A DNA stretch of 64,000 bases from Ferrovibrio sp. (GTDB lineage Bacteria > Pseudomonadota > Alphaproteobacteria > Ferrovibrionales > Ferrovibrionaceae). This document shows, in pieces, positions 9,143 through 19,805 of this stretch (the stretch's first letter is position 1; each line of letters opens with the position of its first letter). The position numbers and the translations under genes were made by a program. Below the pieces are notes generated by a model, which had not been told where the DNA came from, ran no database searches, and worked only from the letters and a program-made list of their open reading frames with translations. The stretch lies in contig JBKBJT010000015.1 in assembly GCA_046294345.1 (NCBI GenBank), forward strand, positions 2,739 to 66,738. The letters are read 5' to 3'.

Positions 9143-9792
9143 TGAAGCTCTACAATATCCCCGCCTCGCCCTTTGCCGCCCGCGTGCGCATCCTGTTGCA
9201 CGCCAAGGGGCAGGACATGGAGATGCTGACGCCGCCGGCACCGGCCGAGTTCCGCCAAATCACGCCGCTGGGCAAGGTGCCGGCCCTGGTGCGCGACGAC
9301 GGCAGCGTGCTGCCGGAATCGGAAGTGATCTGCCATTACCTGGACGACATCCTGCCCGGTCCGAAGCTCTATCCCGTCGATACCGATGCCCGCGCCGCCA
9401 GCGAACTGATCGTCCGGCTGGCGGATCTGTATTTCGCGGTGCCCTTGAGCGATTTCTTCACCCAGCTGTTCACCGCGCCCGATGACCGCGCCGCCATGCA
9501 GGCGATCATCCCCGACATCGCGCGCGGCCTGAAATACCTGGACCTGTATGTGGGCGAAGACGGCTTCGCCGCCGCCGGACGCTTCACCCATGCCGATTGC
9601 GCCCTGCCGCCAATGCTGTTCTATGCCGGCGGCATGCTGTCGGCTGTTGCCGGCGACGACCTGCTGGCCAAACGGCCGCGGCTGTCGGCCTACTGGCAGG
9701 CCATCCAGCAGCAGCCGGCGGTGCAGGCCGTGCTGGAGGAAATGCGGCAGGCGCTGAAGAAATACCAGAGCAAGCTGCAGGCGGCGCAGTAA
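9142..9792 (+). CDS. glutathione S-transferase family protein
   Basis: MKLY...SPFAARVRI, PLGKVPAL, ESEVICHYL, FTHADC; ATG overlaps upstream TGA. Confidence 0.88.
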   Translation: MKLYNIPASPFAARVRILLHAKGQDMEMLTPPAPAEFRQITPLGKVPALVRDDGSVLPESEVICHYLDDILPGPKLYPVDTDARAASELIVRLADLYFAVPLSDFFTQLFTAPDDRAAMQAIIPDIARGLKYLDLYVGEDGFAAAGRFTHADCALPPMLFYAGGMLSAVAGDDLLAKRPRLSAYWQAIQQQPAVQAVLEEMRQALKKYQSKLQAAQ

Positions 9793-11009
9793 TGGCCGAG
9801 GCCGGCCCGGTCGGTTCTGCACCATTACCGGTCTGGCCGGTGCTGGCCGCCACCACCTCCACCCAATCCATCACCACGCTCTCCGCCCTGGCGCTTTCGG
9901 CCGTGGCACCGAAAGCAGCCGCTGATCTCGGCATCGGGCCGGCTCTGGTAGGTTATCAGGTCAGTCTCGTCTATACCGGCGCGGTGGTCACCTCGCTGAT
10001 CGGCGGCGGTTTCGTGCGCCGTCTGGGCGCCACGCGGGCCAGCCAGATCGCCCTTTGGCTGGCCATGGCCGGCTGCCTGCTGTCGGCATTCGGAACCCTG
10101 CCGGCGCTGGCGCTCGGCGCACTGGTGATCGGGCTGGGCTATGGCTGCACCAATCCCGGCGCTTCGCATCTTCTGTCGCGCACCCGCAGCGGCGCGCATA
10201 TGAACCTGATCTTCTCGATCAAACAATGCGGCGTGCCGATCGGCGGCATTCTCGCCGGCCTGCTGATCCCGCCCGTCACCCTGCTGCTGCACTGGCAGGC
10301 CGGCCTCGCATTCTGCGCCCTGCTGGCACTGGGCTTGAGCATCGCGCTGCAGAAGGCGCGGATACACTGGGATGCCGACCGCCAGACGGATGCCGCGCTG
10401 TTCGTCTCGCCACTGGCCGGCCTGTCGCTGATCTGGACGCATCCGATCCTGCGCTGGCTGGCGCTGTGCTCTTTCGCCTATTCCGCCGTGCAGCTCAGCC
10501 TGACCGGCCTGCTGGTGACATATCTTGTCGCGGAAGTCGGCCTCGACCTGGTGCTGGCCGGCAGCCTGATGGCGGTGGCGCAGACGGCGGGCGCCGCGGG
10601 TCGCCTGGGCTGGGGCTGGCTGGCCGACCGGCTGAAATCGGGTTCGAAAGTTCTGATCCTCAACGGCGCCATCGCCATTATTGCCGCCATCGGCACGGCG
10701 CTGATCGATGCGCAATGGCATATCGGGCTGATCGCCGCCGTTGTGGCCGTGTTCGGCTTCTGCGCCATCGGCTGGAACGGCGTTTTCATGGCGGTGATCG
10801 CGCGTCAGGCGCCGGCCGGCAGCATCGGTCTGGCGACAGGCGCTACGCTCAGCATCACCTTTGCTGGCGTGGTGGTCGGCCCCTCGGCTTTCGCCTGGCT
10901 GCACGACCATGCCGGCCTGTCTTACTCCGGCGGTTATCTGCTGATGGCTTTCGTCACCCTGCTGGGAGCCCTGTGCATGGTGATCGCGCGCCGGGGCCTG
11001 CGCGCTTAA
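9792..11009 (+). CDS. MFS transporter
   Basis: About 12 hydrophobic segments, GRLGWGWLADR motif, SIKQCGVPIGG; ATG overlaps upstream TAA. Confidence 0.88.
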   Translation: MAEAGPVGSAPLPVWPVLAATTSTQSITTLSALALSAVAPKAAADLGIGPALVGYQVSLVYTGAVVTSLIGGGFVRRLGATRASQIALWLAMAGCLLSAFGTLPALALGALVIGLGYGCTNPGASHLLSRTRSGAHMNLIFSIKQCGVPIGGILAGLLIPPVTLLLHWQAGLAFCALLALGLSIALQKARIHWDADRQTDAALFVSPLAGLSLIWTHPILRWLALCSFAYSAVQLSLTGLLVTYLVAEVGLDLVLAGSLMAVAQTAGAAGRLGWGWLADRLKSGSKVLILNGAIAIIAAIGTALIDAQWHIGLIAAVVAVFGFCAIGWNGVFMAVIARQAPAGSIGLATGATLSITFAGVVVGPSAFAWLHDHAGLSYSGGYLLMAFVTLLGALCMVIARRGLRA

Positions 11010-11033
11010 GCCGGCCCCGGCACGCCTTTCAGC

Positions 11034-11396
11034 TCAGGCTGAAACCATCGTCTTGAACCCGCCATAGGCCATGCGCTTCACGTCGAAGGGCATCTTCTTC
11101 GGGTCGGGGCACATGGCATGAGTGCGCGGATCCTTCATCACCTTCGCATTCACCTTGTCGCGATGGGCACGCGACTTGAAGACGATGTAGGAAAACACGA
11201 CGACCTCGCCTTTCTTCAGCTTGGCGACCTTGTTGAAGGGCAAACCGAATTTCACGTTCTCGTCGTCGCTAACGCATTCACGATAGTCCAGCGCGCCGTG
11301 TTCGCGCCAGATCTTGCCGGCCTTGGCCGCCATCTTCCTGTAGGCCGCCAGATTCTTCTTTGGCACCGGCAGCAGGAAACCATCCACATAACTCAT
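11034..11396 (-). CDS. DUF1428 (YbaA-like) protein
   Basis: MSYVDGFLLPVP...WREHGAL..HRDKVNAKVMKDPR...MPFDVKRMAYGGF. Confidence 0.9.
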   Translation of the reverse strand: MSYVDGFLLPVPKKNLAAYRKMAAKAGKIWREHGALDYRECVSDDENVKFGLPFNKVAKLKKGEVVVFSYIVFKSRAHRDKVNAKVMKDPRTHAMCPDPKKMPFDVKRMAYGGFKTMVSA

Positions 11397-11416
11397 TCTA
11401 GATACTCCTCCTTGGG

Positions 11417-12250
11417 TTAATCGTGGCAGCAGCTTGCCGCGGACTGCGGCGCGGCATCGTATCTGTCGTGATGGCGCAGCCAGAAATCCTGGCTCTGCGG
11501 CCAGCCGGCGGGCGAATCCTCCCAGCCCTCCTGACGACCCAGCGCCGTCAGGTCGAGCAGGTGATAGGTGTTCAGCAGCATGTCGAGACCTCGGCTATAG
11601 GTGGAATAGGTGTGATAGATGCGGCCATCGTCCTGCAGGAAGCAGCTCAGGCCCGGCATTTCGCCGGAGAATGACAGCTCGCCGTCGGACGAACGCGGCA
11701 CGGGGCGATAATTGTATTCCGGTGCAGCCACGGCCGGATCGAGCGTGGCGTGGAAATCGGCATTGAAGTCGCTGCCGAAGCTGGATGCCCAGGGCATGGT
11801 CCAGCCCATGCGGCGCTTGAATGGCATGATCTTGGACAGCGGCGCGCGCGAGACCATGGTGAAACTGGTGCCGCGCGCATGCAGATGCGCGAGGTGCGGC
11901 AGGTTGTCGGCAATATGCGAACAGCCCGGGCAGCCTTCCGACCAGGGATGGGTCTGACCCGGCGGCGGATCGTCGGGACTGAACATGAAATGGTAGATCA
12001 CGAGCTGGCGCCGGCCCTCGAACAGATCGCGCAGGCTGCGGCGTCCCTGCGGCGTTTCGAACTCGTATTCCTTGTCGATCTCCACCATCGGCAGGCGGCG
12101 GCGCTCGGCATTCAGCGCATCGCGCTGGCGGGTGAAGGCCTTTTCCTTTTCCAGCAATGCCAGGCGCGCCTTCAGCCAGTTCTGGCGCGAAACGACCGTC
12201 GGCCTGGCGGCAAGGGTTTCGTTCTGCGGGTGCAGGTGCATCACATTCAT
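11417..12250 (-). CDS. DUF899 thioredoxin-like protein
   Basis: WLKARLALLEKEK, ERRRLPMV, LFEGRRQLVIYHFMF, GCPGCS, YHTYSTYSRG, LDLTALGRQE; start at ATG 12250 behind GAGGAG RBS. Confidence 0.88.
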   Translation of the reverse strand: MNVMHLHPQNETLAARPTVVSRQNWLKARLALLEKEKAFTRQRDALNAERRRLPMVEIDKEYEFETPQGRRSLRDLFEGRRQLVIYHFMFSPDDPPPGQTHPWSEGCPGCSHIADNLPHLAHLHARGTSFTMVSRAPLSKIMPFKRRMGWTMPWASSFGSDFNADFHATLDPAVAAPEYNYRPVPRSSDGELSFSGEMPGLSCFLQDDGRIYHTYSTYSRGLDMLLNTYHLLDLTALGRQEGWEDSPAGWPQSQDFWLRHHDRYDAAPQSAASCCHD

Positions 12251-12284
12251 GGCGATCCTCCTCTGGGCCGGCTGAAACGCCGGC

Positions 12285-12312
12285 TTGACAGATATGTTGA
12301 TATCAACATAAT
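12285..12312 (+). promoter_or_regulatory. sigma70 promoter overlapped by a perfect 18-bp palindrome (putative MarR operator)
   Basis: TTGACA 12285-12290, CATAAT 12307-12312; TATGTTGAT|ATCAACATA at 12293-12310, between the divergent DUF899 and marR genes. Confidence 0.75.
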
Positions 12313-12321
12313 AGGCGACGC

Positions 12322-12762
12322 ATGTCAAAGATCGATATCCTGCCTTTCGAGACCACCATCATGGTGCGCGATACCTGCCTGTGCCTGCATGCACAGCGCG
12401 CCGCCCGCGCCCTGGCGCGGCGATTCGACGAAGTCTTGCGTCCTCTGGGGCTCACCAATGGGCAGTTTTCCCTGTTGATGTCGCTCAACCGGCCGCAGCC
12501 GGCCAATATGGGCCAGGTGGCGAGCGTACTGGCGATGGACCGCACGACGCTGACTGCCTGCCTCAAACCACTGGAACGCCGGGGACTGGTAAATGTTTCC
12601 GCCGATCCCGACGACAGGCGCACCCGCCGCCTGACGCTGACGCCGGAAGGGCGCAAGCTGCTGGTCAAAGCCCTGCCGGTGTGGAAACGCACCCATGCCG
12701 AACTCGACCGGCTGCTGGGCGACCCCGAGCGACTGCGCGCCGACCTGCGCGCCCTGTCCTGA
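12322..12762 (+). CDS. MarR family transcriptional regulator
   Basis: CLCLHAQRAARALARRFD..GLTNGQFSLL..MDRTTLT..LERRGLV..DRRTRRLTLTPEG winged helix. Confidence 0.92.
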   Translation: MSKIDILPFETTIMVRDTCLCLHAQRAARALARRFDEVLRPLGLTNGQFSLLMSLNRPQPANMGQVASVLAMDRTTLTACLKPLERRGLVNVSADPDDRRTRRLTLTPEGRKLLVKALPVWKRTHAELDRLLGDPERLRADLRALS

Positions 12763-12795
12763 CCTTCCACCCCTGACGAGAAAACGGAGAACGTC

Positions 12796-13227
12796 GTGAG
12801 CTTCAATGCCTATTTGAGTTTCAGCGGCAATTGCGCCGAGGCCTTTGCCTTCTATGCCAAAACCTTCAACGGCAAGATCAATGCGATGATGACCCATCGC
12901 GAGACGCCGGCGGCCGAGCAGACGCCGCCCGAATGGCAGGACAAGATCATCCATGCCTGCATGACGCTGAACGGCACCGACCTGATGGGCGGTGACGTGC
13001 CGCCGCAGATGTATCAGCCGATGACCGGCTTCTCGGTGAATATCGTCATGCCGACGGCGGCCGAGGCCGAGCGCGTCTTCACAGCCCTGAGCCAGGACGG
13101 CACCGTGCATATGCCGATGGAAGAGACCTTCTGGGCCGAGCGTTTCGGCATGGCGACCGACCGCTTCGGCGTGCCGTGGATGGTGAACTGCTTCAAAACC
13201 GATCCCAGCGCCGGAAACTGCCAGTAA
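12796..13227 (+). CDS. VOC family protein (PhnB/YjdN-like)
   Basis: YLSFSGNCAEAFAFY, IIHA, LMGGD, TFWAERFGMATDRFGVPWMVN. Confidence 0.9.
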   Translation: MSFNAYLSFSGNCAEAFAFYAKTFNGKINAMMTHRETPAAEQTPPEWQDKIIHACMTLNGTDLMGGDVPPQMYQPMTGFSVNIVMPTAAEAERVFTALSQDGTVHMPMEETFWAERFGMATDRFGVPWMVNCFKTDPSAGNCQ

Positions 13228-13263
13228 ATCGCCCCAGTAAATCTCTACCGATAGGATTGTATC

Positions 13264-13803
13264 ATGCTGAAGACCATCGCCATCGGCGGCGCGGGATTGC
13301 TCGCGCTCGCCATCGTCGTCGTCCTGGTCATGGCGGCCGCCAAGCCGGATGTTTTCCGCGTGCAGCGCTCGGCCAGCATCAAGGCGCCGCCAGAGAAGAT
13401 ATTCCCGCTGATCGACGACCTGCATGTCAGCATGACCTGGTCGCCCTACGAGGATAAGGACCCGGCGATGAAGCGCAGCCATGGCGGCCCGCGTAGCGGC
13501 AAGGGTGCGTTCTACGAATGGGACGGCAACAAGGAGGTGGGCAGCGGCCGCCTCACCATCACCGAGTCCGTCGCGCCGAGCAAGGTGGTCATGGCGCTGG
13601 ACATGACCCGGCCGTTCGAATGCCACAACATCGTGGAATACACGCTGGCGCCGCAGGGGGATGCTACCGTTGTTACCTGGGCGATGCACGGACCCGCGCC
13701 GTTCATCGCCAAGGTGATGCAGGTGTTCTTCGACATGGACAAGATGGTGGGCCGCGATTTCGAGGTCGGCCTGGCCAGCCTGAAGACCATGGCAGAAAGC
13801 TGA
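13264..13803 (+). CDS. SRPBCC / polyketide cyclase-like protein with N-terminal membrane anchor
   Basis: RSASIKAPPEKIFPLI, WSPY..DP, YEWDGNKEVGSG, MDKMVGRDFEVGLASLK. Confidence 0.88.
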   Translation: MLKTIAIGGAGLLALAIVVVLVMAAAKPDVFRVQRSASIKAPPEKIFPLIDDLHVSMTWSPYEDKDPAMKRSHGGPRSGKGAFYEWDGNKEVGSGRLTITESVAPSKVVMALDMTRPFECHNIVEYTLAPQGDATVVTWAMHGPAPFIAKVMQVFFDMDKMVGRDFEVGLASLKTMAES

Positions 13804-13807
13804 CTGG

Positions 13808-14677
13808 CTAGAGGTCGCCGATCCGGAAATCGAGATAGAGGATTTTCGGATACCCTTGAGCGTTGGGCGGCATGGCGAAGGGCTGGGCCAGCCGCATGGC
13901 GCGCAGGAAGGTTTCCATCGCTGTGCGGAAAGCCGCCGCCTCGGGCCCGCGCAGGGCCTCGATCTCGGGCCAGTTGCGTACCATCGCGCGCATGTCCCAG
14001 GGATCGTTCTTGCCGAAGGGCGGCGCCAGCATGCCGTCGGGCAGCACCAGATATGGCCCGTCGATGCGGATGCGGGCGAATTGCGGCGCATCGAAATCGA
14101 TCACCCAGGCCGACACGATCTGGCTGAGGAAGAAGTCGCTTTCCGACTGCGTCATCACCTCGGCCGGTTGACCGGCGGCACGGCCGGCCCCGGGCTGTCG
14201 GTTGCCCGCCTGATTCTGGGCCTGCGGCGGGCGCGGCTGCGGCGCGGTCGCCACGCCGGGGCCGGGACGCGGCACCTGCGGCGGCGCCGGCTTCGGTGCC
14301 TCGGTCTGCTGCGGTCGCTGGCGCGCCCGCTCCCCGGCCGATGGCGGGGCCTTCGACTCCTCGGCGACCGGGGCTTTCTGCAATTGCGGCACGCTGGGCG
14401 GCGGGACTTCGGCCTGCGGGGCTGGCCTGGGCGGCTCGACCTGCGGCGCCGGCCTGGGTGGCTCGGGCTTAGGCGGCTCTGGCTTGGGTGGGGGCGGCAG
14501 CACGAATTCGGCCAGGATCGGCGGCGGTTCGGGCTGCAGGCGCCAGGTCCAGGGCTCGACCAGTAGCAGAACCACGACCAGGCCATGCAGCAACAGCGAC
14601 AGGGCCACCGCCAGCCAGAGGCGGCGATTATCCCATTCCTGTGCGCGGTATTCCAAAAACGAGGCCATGGCAGACAC
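13808..14677 (-). CDS. TonB/TolA-like single-TM, proline-rich periplasmic protein
   Basis: ALSLLLHGL TM anchor, long Pro/Ala/Glu linker, globular C-terminal domain. Confidence 0.6.
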   Translation of the reverse strand: MSAMASFLEYRAQEWDNRRLWLAVALSLLLHGLVVVLLLVEPWTWRLQPEPPPILAEFVLPPPPKPEPPKPEPPRPAPQVEPPRPAPQAEVPPPSVPQLQKAPVAEESKAPPSAGERARQRPQQTEAPKPAPPQVPRPGPGVATAPQPRPPQAQNQAGNRQPGAGRAAGQPAEVMTQSESDFFLSQIVSAWVIDFDAPQFARIRIDGPYLVLPDGMLAPPFGKNDPWDMRAMVRNWPEIEALRGPEAAAFRTAMETFLRAMRLAQPFAMPPNAQGYPKILYLDFRIGDL

Positions 14678-14739
14678 TTAGCGCTGACGTAGCGGCAGGC
14701 CAAGGCTTTTGCCCGGCTTGATCGCCTCGGCTATAACCG

Positions 14740-14752
14740 ATTGTCCGACAAT
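14740..14752. promoter_or_regulatory. FadR/GntR-type palindromic operator upstream of the fatty-acid oxidation gene
   Basis: ATTGTC-C-GACAAT perfect palindrome, resembling the GntR/FadR-family TGGTC-N-GACCA box, just downstream of TATAAC. Confidence 0.55.
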
Positions 14753-14774
14753 TAAGAAGACACCGGAGAGAAAC

Positions 14775-16871
<2,097 letters not shown>

Positions 16872-16922
16872 GAAAGCCCATATAAGGACACGGGCCCGAT
16901 CCAGAGGTAGTTCAAGAGTACC

Positions 16923-18530
16923 ATGTCCGAAGCCGCCATCGCCATTCCGGGCGCCGATCCCATCGGCGCCCGGCGCACATTCGCCATCATCGCCCATCCC
17001 GACGCCGGCAAGACCACGCTGACTGAAAAGCTGCTGCTGTTCGGCGGCGCCATCCATCTGGCCGGCGCGGTGAAGGCGCGTGGCGAGAACCGGCGCGCAC
17101 GCTCGGACTTCATGAAGATCGAGCAGCAGCGCGGCATCTCGGTCTCGACCTCGGTGATGAATTTCGAATACCGCGGCTGGACCTTCAATCTGCTCGACAC
17201 GCCGGGCCACGAGGATTTCAGCGAGGACACCTACCGCACGCTGACCGCCGTCGACTCCGCCGTGATGGTGCTGGACGCCGCCAAGGGTATCGAGACGCAG
17301 ACGCGCAAGCTGTTCGAGGTCTGCCGCCTGCGCGACGTGCCGATCATCACCTTCGTGAACAAGATCGACCGCGAGAGCCAGGATCCCTTTGCGCTGCTGG
17401 ATGAAGTCTCCTCCACCCTGGCGCTGGAATGCGTGCCGGCGAACTGGCCGATCGGCATGGGTTACGACTTCAAGGGTTGTTACGACCTGTTCGGCAAGCG
17501 GCTGCTGCTGGTGGGCAAGGAAAACAAGAACCTGGAGCCGGAAGTCATCATCCTGGACAAGGGCCTGGATGATCCACGCGCAGCCGAGATGATTCCCGAG
17601 GCGCAGCTCGCCAAGCTGAAGGAGGACATCGCGCTGATCGAAGGCGCCTGCCCGCCCTTCGACCTGGAAACCTATCGCCAGGGCCACATGACGCCGGTCT
17701 ATTTCGGTTCGGCGCTGAAGAATTTCGGCGTCGACGAATTGCTCAAGGGCCTGGGCGAATTCGCCCCGCCACCGCGCCCACAGCCGAGCGACAAGCGCGT
17801 GATCCAGCCGACCGAGAAGGCCGTGACCGGCTTCGTCTTCAAGGTGCAGGCCAACATGGACAAGAACCACCGCGACCGCGTCGCCTTCCTGCGGCTCTGC
17901 TCGGGTCATTTCAAGCGCGGCATGAAGCTGAAGCAGGTCAGCACCGGCAAGCCGATCACGGTGAGCAACCCGACGCTCTTCTTCGCCCAGGACCGCTCGC
18001 TGGCCGACGAGGCCTGGCCGGGCGACATCATCGGCATCCCCAACCACGGCACGCTGCGGGTGGGCGACACGCTGACCGAGAGCGAAGACCTGCGCTTCAC
18101 CGGCATTCCGAATTTCGCGCCGGAAATCCTGCGCCGCGTGCGGCTTTCGGATCCGATGAAGGCCAAGCATCTGCAGCGCGCGCTGGAGGACCTGGCCGAG
18201 GAGGGCGTGACCCAGGTATTCCGGCCGCGTATCGGCGCAGACTGGATCGTGGGCCTGGTCGGCCCGCTGCAGCTCGACGTGCTGGCTGCCCGCCTGGCCG
18301 AGGAATACAGCCTTGAGGTCGGCTTCGAGACCGCGCCCTATGAGACGGCGCGCTGGATTTCAGCCGAGAACCCCAAGGATCTGGACGAATTCCTGGAGCA
18401 GAATCGCGGCACCATCGCCGACGACCGCGAGGGGGCGCCGGTTTTCATGGCCCGCAATGCCTGGGAACTTTCCTATATCGAGAAGAAATGGGATAAAATC
18501 CGGTTCCATGCCACGCGGGAACGCCATTAA
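16923..18530 (+). CDS. prfC: peptide chain release factor 3
   Basis: RRTFAIIAHPDAGKTTLTEKLL, RGISVSTSV, LLDTPGHEDFSEDTYRTL, FKVQANMD..HRDRVAF. Confidence 0.97.
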   Translation: MSEAAIAIPGADPIGARRTFAIIAHPDAGKTTLTEKLLLFGGAIHLAGAVKARGENRRARSDFMKIEQQRGISVSTSVMNFEYRGWTFNLLDTPGHEDFSEDTYRTLTAVDSAVMVLDAAKGIETQTRKLFEVCRLRDVPIITFVNKIDRESQDPFALLDEVSSTLALECVPANWPIGMGYDFKGCYDLFGKRLLLVGKENKNLEPEVIILDKGLDDPRAAEMIPEAQLAKLKEDIALIEGACPPFDLETYRQGHMTPVYFGSALKNFGVDELLKGLGEFAPPPRPQPSDKRVIQPTEKAVTGFVFKVQANMDKNHRDRVAFLRLCSGHFKRGMKLKQVSTGKPITVSNPTLFFAQDRSLADEAWPGDIIGIPNHGTLRVGDTLTESEDLRFTGIPNFAPEILRRVRLSDPMKAKHLQRALEDLAEEGVTQVFRPRIGADWIVGLVGPLQLDVLAARLAEEYSLEVGFETAPYETARWISAENPKDLDEFLEQNRGTIADDREGAPVFMARNAWELSYIEKKWDKIRFHATRERH

Positions 18531-19002
18531 GCCGCTCGTCGGCGCATCTCTCTCCCGCCGCGCCCTGCTCGGCGCGATGGCCGGCCTGTGCCTGATCGCA
18601 TCGCCGGCGGCCTGGACGCAGGAAAAGGAAAAAAAGAAAAGGTCCGACACCCCGATCGACAAGCCGCCGGTGAATACCCCGGTGCTGATGGTGGATGCCG
18701 TGACCGCGCCGGTGGCAGGGCCGCCGGGATCGCAGGTGATCATGACGCTGAGCATCGATTGCGGCACGGTGGAGAATGCCCGCGCGGTCGATCCCCTGAT
18801 GCCGCGCGTCTACAATGCCGTGATCATGGAGCTGAACCGCGAGCCTCTGGGCAAGGATGGCCGCGTGCACGACAACGATCTGGAAGGCTTGAAGCGCCGC
18901 CTAGTGTTTCAGATCAACCGCGCGCTGCAGGGGCCGCAGGTGGTGGGCGTCTATATCCGCTCGCTGCAGGAAGTGCCGCTGCGCAAGCCGCCCAGCCGCT
19001 AA
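18508..19002 (+). CDS. exported FliL-like protein
   Basis: SRRALLG + hydrophobic + AxA-type signal; C-terminal PRVYNAVIMEL...LEGLKRRL..INRAL...VVGVYI pattern resembles the FliL fold; start uncertain. Confidence 0.55.
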   Translation: MPRGNAIKPLVGASLSRRALLGAMAGLCLIASPAAWTQEKEKKKRSDTPIDKPPVNTPVLMVDAVTAPVAGPPGSQVIMTLSIDCGTVENARAVDPLMPRVYNAVIMELNREPLGKDGRVHDNDLEGLKRRLVFQINRALQGPQVVGVYIRSLQEVPLRKPPSR

Positions 19003-19802
19003 TCGGCCCGCGACCCGACCGACGCATCCCGGGCCGGCAGCGCAATCCGCACCATCCGCCCGGCATAAATCCGCATCAGCGCTTTCACGATGGCGGGGCA
19101 GCTGTTCAGCATGGCGTTGAAATGGTTCGCCGTGATGTGTTCGCACACCGTGGCCTCGGAGGCGATGGCGCTGGCCCGGCGCGGTTCGCCGGTCAGCAGG
19201 GCCAGTTCGCCGAACACCTCGCCCGGCTCGACGCAGCGCAGGCGCATCTGGCTGCCGTCGGGCATCTCGCGCACCAGTTCGACGCGGCCGCTCTGCACCA
19301 GATAGACATTGTAGCCCGGTTGCCCGGCGCGGAAGATCGTTTCGCCGGCGGCATACACCTTGCGATCCAGGATTCGCATGCTCGACTGTTCGGACTGGAT
19401 GGTGGCCGCCATCATGTCGCCGATGCCGATCTTCACGCCCTGCGCCGGCGGCGCGATCCCTTCGGCATGGCGGATGTTGCGGATGAAGGTCTGCAGCAGA
19501 TAGCGCGCCAGCGGCGGTGCGGCATCCAGCGCACGATCGAGGGCCGCCGCGTTGATGCGGCGGCAGACCGTGGGTTCGATCGCAACCACGCTGGCCACAC
19601 GCGGCGCCGGATCGATCAGCGCCATCTCGCCCACCACACCGCCCTCGCCCATCTCGGCCAGCCGCAGCTTGGCGTCGTCTTCCATGCGGAAGACCTCGAC
19701 GCGGCCGGACAGGATCAGATAGCAGAAATCGCCATGGGCGCCCTGCTCCATGAGCGTGGCGCCACGGCCGAAGCGGATATCCTGGTCATGAGCCTCGCTC
19801 AT
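18999..19802 (-). CDS. tandem cyclic-nucleotide-binding domain protein
   Basis: Two cNMP domains: YLILSGRVEV...GEMALIDPAPRVASV and YLVQSGRVEL...FGELALLTGEPRRASA; no HTH. Confidence 0.85.
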   Translation of the reverse strand: MSEAHDQDIRFGRGATLMEQGAHGDFCYLILSGRVEVFRMEDDAKLRLAEMGEGGVVGEMALIDPAPRVASVVAIEPTVCRRINAAALDRALDAAPPLARYLLQTFIRNIRHAEGIAPPAQGVKIGIGDMMAATIQSEQSSMRILDRKVYAAGETIFRAGQPGYNVYLVQSGRVELVREMPDGSQMRLRCVEPGEVFGELALLTGEPRRASAIASEATVCEHITANHFNAMLNSCPAIVKALMRIYAGRMVRIALPARDASVGSRAD

Positions 19803-19805
19803 GCC

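Noticed and set aside
13221-13243. 10-bp direct repeat CCAGTAAATC duplicating the VOC gene stop
   Set aside because: Too short to distinguish from local slippage or chance, and no element lies between the copies.
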